DNA of 18,606 bases. It comes from Ginkgo biloba. Lineage: Eukaryota; Plantae; Ginkgophyta. The notes beneath the pieces are model-generated. The model was not told the DNA's origin and searched no databases. It was given only the letters and a program-made list of their open reading frames with translations. The DNA lies in contig JANKJI020000002.1 of NCBI GenBank assembly GCA_024626585.2, forward strand, positions 210,094,097 to 210,112,702, in the 5' to 3' direction. The position numbers and the translations under genes are program-made. Numbering within the stretch: position 1 is the stretch's first letter; each line of letters opens with the position of its first letter. This document shows positions 10,210 to 18,606 of this stretch, one piece after another.

Positions 10210-10903
10210 TTATGCATTGTGGTTGAGTATATGGCCCATTTTGTTTGTAGGGGTGTGCTGTTTGAGTAGAGAAACTACATATGCATACCATATTGTTATA
10301 TTCTTTACTCTCTGTTCTATATGCTTATCATGAATGGCATTCGTCTTCCACACCACAACTTTGTTATTGTAAAAGCAATTTGGCTTGTAAGTGAATCTTG
10401 TTATCTTTTCAAGGCATTTGTTTTTCTTGGTGAAGGCCTATTGGAAGCCAGAAAAATATAAGTAAATTGTGGTCTAGACATTGTATATAGTATTGTGGTT
10501 AACTCNNNNNNNNNNNNNNNNNNNNNNNNNNNNNNNNNNNNNNNNNNNNNNNNNNNNNNNNNNNNNNNNNNNNNNNNNNNNNNNNNNNNNNNNNGGTACT
10601 AATTAACTGAACGTGACATTGCACTCCAATACCAGGTAATAAAATTCACAGTGGAAGCTTTGATTGATCTGTATCTCTCAAAGTCAACCTAAGGTTGACC
10701 ATCAAAGGAATTGGAGCTGGGGCAAGAGCTGCTACCACTGAATGCAGGCAGCACTACAAATTGATAACCGATCATTACTTACTCTTGGTGATATAGTTGG
10801 TGANNNNNNNNNNNNNNNNNNNNNNNNNNNNNNNNNNNNNNNNNNNNNNNNNNNNNNNNNNNNNNNNNNNNNNNNNNNNNNNNNNNNNNNNNNNNNNNNN
10901 NNN

Positions 10904-12202
10904 GTTCATTTCCTCTTGTGTGCACTCAAAATCCTTGGCACCAAACTCTCTTGCTCAACACTCTAGTTGGTGAGTTTCTTTATTTCTCCTTTTAATTTCC
11001 TCACACCCAGTATGGTCCTCAATCTCCCTTATAGATCCTTTCAAGGATACACATTCAATATCCTTCTTAAATATAGTATGGTGAGGATATGGCATCATCT
11101 TTAAAATTAGATATGGGTTATATCACTTGAACCTGTGTTAGAAGCATTCACTACTTGTACCCTATTCTAACATCACATGTGTCAGCATCATTAACTATTA
11201 GCGATCTCCACTTACTTGAAATCTACCCTTTATCACCTTTGAGGTTAAAATAACATAGCCCTAAAATCTAGATAATGCCTTCTATAAATTTTATATGCGA
11301 TACTTTTCCTTAATTAGCATATATTCTTGTAGTAGTTTTATAGTGTTGCTCAAAACTCCATCCACCCCTTTTCTTTGAACCCCCAAATTCTCGATCTCCT
11401 AGACTCCAAACTTCATACTCTTAGTTAAAATGATATATAATATTATTCTGGGTCTATGCCAGAGCCTCCATTATCACTTAACATTACCCCAAATTCCAAA
11501 ATCCTGATATCTTATTGGGTTATTTAGACATGACTTTTAATGCATTTTTAATCCTTTTGTTAGCTATGTGGACTTTATACATTTTAACAAGTTCCATCAC
11601 TTAAATATCCTAACCTCTTGAAAGTCTGATACTTGAGTTTTATTCTCTCTCTTTTGCTCGTTAGGTCCTTGGTCTTCTCTACCTGTTGCCTGACCTTCGC
11701 TCGATTGTCTCTATGGATCTCTAGTTTCACTTTTATTTGATCTAACCAGATCTCTCTATGCCTTCATGCACTCTATGGCCTTCACTTTAACTTGTTTGCC
11801 ACCTCTATCCCATCATCTCTACATTCATTCTTTCTTCTTAAATATCATCCATAATTATCCACATTTGTTATAGACCTCCTCTCGATCAATCTCCTTATCC
11901 TCCTCTATCATTATCTCCTCTAACTTCTCTCATCTTACATTCTTTGCCTTCTTATGCCTACTAAGTGCCTTTCTTATCAGTCATTTATCACCTTGCATCT
12001 ACTTCAATGTTGTCTCCTTTGATCTACCACCCAACTAATGTTGATAGTTCTCACCTACCATCAGTGTTGATCATCTATTGTTAGTCGTAGATCCTCTTCT
12101 TCTCGTCACTCTTCATCCCACTCCTTCAAAATGACTTATTAATTCTATAACATGCTACCACTATGTTTATTCTTATAAAATGTTAGGGATTCCCATACAT
12201 CA
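10904..12202 (-). repeat. LTR copy 3 of the CRM-like family (outermost 5' LTR or solo LTR); remainder in gap 10804-10903
   Basis: Begins TGATGTATGGG at 12202 with no PPT before it (the flank is Tat sequence, ccata...). It is colinear with ~1970-3394 apart from a ~100 bp deletion. Confidence 0.85.
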
Positions 12203-14400
12203 CCATAGGAGGAGGAAACACCCCCTAGGTATTAGTTGGTAAAAATAAATTCTGTGATTCTTGATCATGCCATGGTATGATAGGGAAAGGAATCTCCTGT
12301 CGAGGAGGATAAAATCTAAGGGAGGACTAGCAAGTGCCTCTATAATAAAGGGGAAGAAGAGATCCAATAACTCCTCATCATTATATATATTGTGTGGCAT
12401 AACATGTGACATAATGGGATGATAGACATGATGGACTTGGGAGAATCTACGAAGTTCAAGATCCTCTAGAGAAGCATCCAAACTATTAAGGTTAGAATCC
12501 TCAGTGAATAGATATTGACCAAGACCAAGAAGAATAAAATTATTATCCTTCCTAGATAGATCGACCAAAAACTTCGTATCAGAAGAAATTTCAACCAGTG
12601 CAATAGTGATATCCCTAAATAAAGAAGGTTAGATTCCAAGTAGCATGCACTTCACATGATGAAGATGAACCAAATGAAAAAATTATATCCCTCCGAAGAG
12701 AGATGAGAAAATATATTCCATGTCATTTATCCATGATCTTCCTAGGAGTAGATTATATTCAAGCTCTTGATTNNNNNNNNNNNNNNNNNNNNNNNNNNNN
12801 NNNNNNNNNNNNNNNNNNNNNNNNNNNNNNNNNNNNNNNNNNNNNNNNNNNNNNNNNNNNNNNNNNNNNNNNNNNNNNNNNNNNNNNNNNNNNNNNNNNN
12901 NNNNNNNNNNNNNNNNNNNNNNNNNNNNNNNNNNNNNNNNNNNNNNNNNNNNNNNNNNNNNNNNNNNNNNNNNNNNNNNNNNNNNNNNNNNNNNNNNNNN
13001 NNNNNNNNNNNNNNNNNNNNNNNNNNNNNNNNNNNNNNNNNNNNNNNNNNNNNNNNNNNNNNNNNNNNNNNNNNNNNNNNNNNNNNNNNNNNNNNNNNNN
13101 NNNNNNNNNNNNNNNNNNNNNNNNNNNNNNNNNNNNNNNNNNNNNNNNNNNNNNNNNNNNNNNNNNNNNNNNNNNNNNNNNNNNNNNNNNNNNNNNNNNN
13201 NNNNNNNNNNNNNNNNNNNNNNNNNNNNNNNNNNNNNNNNNNNNNNNNNNNNNNNNNNNNNNNNNNNNNNNNNNNNNNNNNNNNNNNNNNNNNNNNNNNN
13301 NNNNNNNNNNNNNNNNNNNNNNNNNNNNNNNNNNNNNNNNNNNNNNNNNNNNNNNNNNNNNNNNNNNNNNNNNNNNNNNNNNNNNNNNNNNNNNNNNNNN
13401 NNNNNNNNNNNNNNNNNNNNNNNNNNNNNNNNNNNNNNNNNNNNNNNNNNNNNNNNNNNNNNNNNNNNNNNNNNNNNNNNNNNNNNNNNNNNNNNNNNNN
13501 NNNNNNNNNNNNNNNNNNNNNNNNNNNNNNNNNNNNNNNNNNNNNNNNNNNNNNNNNNNNNNNNNNNNNNNTTTGGCATTATGGTCAGGGAAAAGGTTTT
13601 GGTAAACCAATTGTGCTTTATTAGGTTTGGATCCATAACACTCTAAAGTAGGAAAGAGCCTCCATAACTTCTGTAGTGTAAGATAATTTTATTTGTCATG
13701 GCTAGGGAATTTATGGTAATCACACCATTTAGTGCGATAAAAAAGGAGTTGATTAAGCTTAGGTGGAGGAGAGTCCTTAGGAGGAGACTTTGAATCTTTC
13801 TCTACCATATGGATTGTCTTAGTTTTCCTCTTCTGGCCTTCAAATCTATTTTTAGATGACTTGTGCAAAGTGGGGGGGACTTGGAGGAACCTATAAGAGT
13901 TCACTCAAGTTATCAAAGGGTAGAGGTGATGAGGTCTAGAAAATTATCACTTGGATGAGTAGGGTCAGAGTTATTAATCCCATTATTATTGGCATGCCTA
14001 TTGTTTGAGGTGATAAAGGAATGGGAATATCTAATCATTTTAATGTTAATTGAATCTCATAACCATTGATAGGCAAGCCCTTTTTTATTACATCCTCCTA
14101 TGAAGTGGGACCTGCCTTTAGGACTTCAAAATGAATTTGGGGCCAAAGGACATTCATGAACAAGTTGTATATTTTTTATTAATGAAAGGGGTTTTGCATG
14201 TATGGATGAGAGAGTAGAACTTACAAATTACCTAAAAATTATATTCACCATTATCATTGATGCAGGATCATCCTGATAGTTCTCTTAAGAGTGTAAATTT
14301 TGGGAATTTTGGGTAGAGCCTACAGATGGTTGTAATGGAAAAATAAGCTCATCGATGATCAAAAGGGATTTTTGGAAGGAAATTTTGACAACATTGACAA
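12203..14400 (-). pseudogene. Decayed gag-protease region of a Tat/Ogre-type Ty3/gypsy element
   Basis: A gag-like LFMNVLWPQIHFEVLKAGPTS*EDVIKKG lies at ~14075-14165. A CX2HX4HX4(C>Y) knuckle KWCDYHKFPSHDK*NY lies at 13683-13724. The protease C-terminus YNLLLGRSWINDM lies at ~12720-12757, and the protease core falls in gap 12773-13571. Confidence 0.8.
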
Positions 14401-15229
14401 AGCATATGTCCAACAATAAGACAAGGAAGTGGAAAGACTGGCATCCTCAGAGAATATTAATCATTTTGATAGAAGACACCAACAAATAAGAAGTGGATGG
14501 TAGACAAAGGTAAAGCAAGGCAGAAAATAAAAATTATGGCCAATGAGGGATGTGAAAATTGTATGTTAGTGGTTGACAAGTCATTTGGAATGAAAAATAC
14601 AAGGAGAGNNNNNNNNNNNNNNNNNNNNNNNNNNNNNNNNNNNNNNNNNNNNNNNNNNNNNNNNNNNNNNNNNNNNNNNNNNNNNNNNNNNNNNNNNNNN
14701 NNNNNNNNAGGGTCACTCCTCGGTATACTACTGAAGCAAGGAAACTTGAGAAGATGAGTGGGGAGTACAACTAATTGGACTATGTGACTCAATGGGGATT
14801 GATATGTAATCATTATAATAATTTTTTAGGGGGACTATACATTACACAAACACTCTCCCACCCATAGCGTAAGGAGGAGGTGTTCAAATTAATGGTGCAC
14901 TCATGACAAGTATGTAAGGTTGTTGAGAACCTGGTGGAGGTTGAGCATATGTAATTGAATGAGGAATTTGTTAAAAAGATTATGTTAATCATAGAATAGT
15001 GGGTTGTGAAGGGCTAAAGGCATATGCAAATAATGAAAAAGGATATGGTTAGGGATATCCATATTGGTTTCCAAAATATGGATCGTGGTGTTGAAATAGT
15101 AGGGATGTGACCATAGGAGGTTGTTACATCCTAAGGGGAGAAAATGAACCTTTAACACGATGGGACAATAATGTACTCACTTCATAGTAGAGTATTTTAT
15201 CAAATTAGGTAGAAGTGAATGATCTAATC

Positions 15230-15265
15230 CAAGGGGGTTATCTTCCCTTGACACTTTTTGTACGC
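15230..15265 (-). other. Possible LTR end / PBS junction of the Tat-like element
   Basis: Minus strand ...GCGTACA-AAAA-GTGTCAAGGGAAGATAACCCCC lies upstream of gag, at a compositional boundary. No partner LTR is present in the window to confirm it. Confidence 0.3.
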
Positions 15266-15824
15266 TCTATAACACTAAATTCTATAACACACTGTATGGT
15301 CTGTACGATTATCTATTTTTTGGAATTCCTTCAATACCCTATAAATGCATAGTATCAATCATTTATCATGGAATTATGCATGGTATACTTAATACCATGG
15401 AAATGCATGTGTTTAGAGCATGCACTTATGTAATATTGTATCTATGCAGGGCACAAGCATAGTGAACTCTACAACTCAACCGCAAACACGTATTTTAATC
15501 CCAAAAGTTTGTGCCTTTTGTATGGAGCCAAAAAAATGACCTATACCTATCATATATTTTAAATCACCCTAAAAAATATCCTATGTGATATTCTATGCAT
15601 CAAATGAGACTTGATTACTAATATCTATCAACATTAATCAAAGATTCTAAGATAATCAAAGCAATAACATTCACAAGAATTTGGACATAAAATAACTCTC
15701 TCTAGTCTAAGTGCAATAATACATNNNNNNNNNNNNNNNNNNNNNNNNNNNNNNNNNNNNNNNNNNNNNNNNNNNNNNNNNNNNNNNNNNNNNNNNNNNN
15801 NNNNNNNNNNNNNNNNNNNNNNNN

Positions 15825-18606
15825 AATGTTAAGATAAAATTCAATAAAAAATTCATGAAAATCTAGTAGTAACTTATAGAAATGCATGAAAATGGCCTAT
15901 TTGATGGATTTTATCTAAACATAGTGTCATTATAAATGAATCAATGGAATCAATATAAATATTTTTGAAAAAACTACAAAAGATCCATAAAAGTAATAAA
16001 AAAATAAAAATCATCAAAAGAGGTTGACAATTTGATTGATTTTTTATAACTAATTCATACAATATTGTACCTTTTTCTTAAAAATTAATTCAACCCTTAG
16101 AAAAAATACTACAAATTTTGTTATATTAAAAATGATTTAAAAACACATTAAAAAATAATAATGACTTAGAAATATTATAATTTGAATTTTAGGAATCACT
16201 TCATTTTGTAAATTGAGTTATAAATATTATAATGTTTTGGATCGATATTTTTATTTGCAAAAAAAATCCAAAATACATAAATTATTTATAAACTCTTTCT
16301 GATATTGCATATTTATATAAATTTAGTAAATNNNNNNNNNNNNNNNNNNNNNNNNNNNNNNNNNNNNNNNNNNNNNNNNNNNNNNTTATTTTATATGGCA
16401 TATTAAATATATAATTGCCTTACCATTATTTTCAATGTAAAAGAAAAATGTTCAAGATATCCCTTAGACTCTACTATTATCTTATAAACCCTAGTAGGGT
16501 GTTCTTCATTTGATCCTACTAATTCCTTCCTTTTAGGACTCTACTACTAGGAGTTTCATTCACACCTATTAATATTTTATCTATTAGTCCTTTAGGAGAA
16601 AAAATTAAATCTTAAAGATGAAGGAAGACATTCATTTAAGTTTCACCAATAAATGATAGTACAATATGATTTAAAAATAGTGTGCCATATACAATACTAT
16701 ATTTAATAAAATATATTAAGAATTTAATCAGTTCACCATTGAACTTAAGGTTAATAAAAAATGGTTCAAGCTATAAAGAATGATATTTATTTAAAATTAT
16801 TAATATTTAACTCAAATTTATCTTTAATAATAGAGTTGTCAATTCCATGTTTAGTAGGAAATATAGATAATTGGGTACTCTAAAGGTAGTACAATATTAC
16901 TCTTATTTTGGATCCAATGTACAATTGATTTTTGCAAATAATAAAAATATTTTCAGTTAAAAAAATAGTGGACCTAATAATATTCATAAAATTTAAATAT
17001 CCACTTTCCTATTATAAGTGGATTAAATTTTTTATTATTGATATTTTTTACTATGCTATTTAGTAACTCCCTTAGCAAATATTCACCTTGTTAATGTTTA
17101 TTTTTCAACCTTTTTAAGAAAAGAACTATCATAATGTTATTTAGTGTGTTGTGTAGAGGACATAATAAACCCACTCAAAGATAAAAAGAGACCCTCTTCC
17201 AAAAATAATGGATTTATATACAAATTTTGAAATTCTTAGAGATTTATTTTTGCATAATCATAAATTAGACATTGAGATATTTCTGGCAATATCTTGTTTT
17301 AAAAAAATGGAGTTTGGATGCAAAAGTNNNNNNNNNNNNNNNNNNNNNNNNNNNNNNNNNNNNNNNNNNNNNNNNNNNNNNNNNNNNNNNNNNNNNNNNN
17401 NNNNNNNNNNNNNNNNNNNNNNNNNNNCCTTATATCATTTTTTTTAGGAGAGAAAAAATGATATAAGGTGGTATAGCTTATTGTAATCTCATAAAATTCT
17501 ATTAAAAGATTTATTCATTTTGAATTTTAGTTATAGGATGGCGAAAGATAATGAGGTAATCCTTATAAATGATAAATCAAGAGACTTGATGGAGATGAAT
17601 GACCATAAAAATCAGGAATCAAGCATTATTTATTTTGACTAGTCAATGGAATAATTCATTAGAGAGACTAACTTAAAATGTAAATATGGATGGAAATTCC
17701 AAGAGAGGAATTTTCCATACTATCTATTAATGGTGTGATTTTTTAATCCTCCACCTTATCTCCAAGAACACTAACTCCAAAGGAATAGAATACTCAACTT
17801 GAATCATGAGAAGAGGAATTAATAGATTGTACTTAGATGAAGTCAAGTACTATAATATGGATTTGCTTCCTCTAGGAAATTATTTTATATTGATCTACTT
17901 TCATAAGTAATTGGATATGGTCTTACTTAATGTTTTGACACATGGTCTTGTTTAGTATTTTGATGTTAGTGGCCAAGCATAGTGGCTTCTAATATATAAT
18001 AGTAGGTCTTAACGGCTAGTCTAAATTGTGTTTCATTGTATATAGTGTTTCACCTTCAGAGTGGTATATTAGATATACTACTTTTGTCGAAACTTATGAC
18101 ATCCTACTATTTCTTCCAATAAAATTAGCATTTGTATTTTATGTTTAAAACTAAAAATGCCTAAATTCTCTAATTAGAAATTTAATGATAGAGTAAATAA
18201 TCTTTTAAAAATTTAGATATTCATTACACAAGAGATAATAATTGATTTTATAATGCATGTTAAATAAACTAGATAATTGTTATGCTCAAGGAAAAGAAAT
18301 GGTTTGATATATAAGTAAAGATATCTTGCTTGGAAAAGAATATTTTTTTTAAAATCAAATATATCTTTAACAATACAACTAATCACATTTGTAAAATTTT
18401 AATATTTCTTTTTTTGTATTATAAGTGACCTAATAAGGTTGATATCAATATTATATATATACTTATTTAATAATTCCCTTAAAAGTTACCTAGATAATCT
18501 GTATTTCTCCACATCTCCTAGTAGATGTTTTGTCATATGGTATTTATTTCTTATTCTTGGAAAGAAAAAAAAGAAACCTAGATTCATTAATTGGATAATT
18601 GTCATA
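15825..18606. other. Very AT-rich unassigned DNA (old LTR or other decayed repeat/intergenic)
   Basis: No credible ORF or recognisable motif; low complexity. Confidence 0.4.

Larger units (their letters stand above)
9082..10803. other. Non-LTR island of unknown origin (possible host-gene/intron fragment or retroposed insert)
   Basis: Abrupt switch from pyrimidine-skewed LTR DNA to T/G-rich sequence retaining CG and CWG sites (tacggacgcacgg, cctgcaggcagcc). No homology to the rest of the window was seen. Confidence 0.55.

Noticed and set aside
10197-10240. Peptide EEYPYLCIVVEYMA resembling a kinase hinge region
   Set aside because: It is bounded by stops, and no other kinase motifs (VAVK, HRD, DFG) are nearby.
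15379-15399. catggtat-actta-ataccatg dyad and other short palindromes in the AT-rich tail
   Set aside because: Short and AT-rich, so expected by chance; no terminal inverted repeat pair with TSD was found.

Overview
This is gapped eukaryotic scaffold DNA, probably from a large land-plant genome (gymnosperm-like; inference). It is dominated by decayed Ty3/gypsy LTR retrotransposons, all on the minus strand, and no intact gene is visible. (1) A Tat/Ogre-type element appears split in two. Its gag, Zn-knuckle and protease end lie at ~12.2-14.4 kb, and its reverse transcriptase (YVDD) lies at 1-904. (2) Between the halves is a ~11 kb cluster of a CRM-like family. It has three LTR pieces plus a stub, TGATG...CATCA-type termini, two PPTs with the 'QEGEDD' junction, a decayed tRNA-Met PBS and two gag copies. 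The most complete internal region has gag plus an acidic E/K-rich ORF and no RT/RNaseH/integrase core, so it looks non-autonomous. The copies appear nested in each other. (3) A compositionally distinct ~1.7 kb island (9082-10803) sits between two LTR pieces. It has a poly-T junction, splice-like signals, a 140-bp tandem duplication and a 13-bp hairpin with an alternative pairing arm. (4) The last ~3 kb is AT-rich and unassigned. All protein assignments come from manual translation and recalled family motifs, not database searches. Several key junctions are hidden in N gaps.
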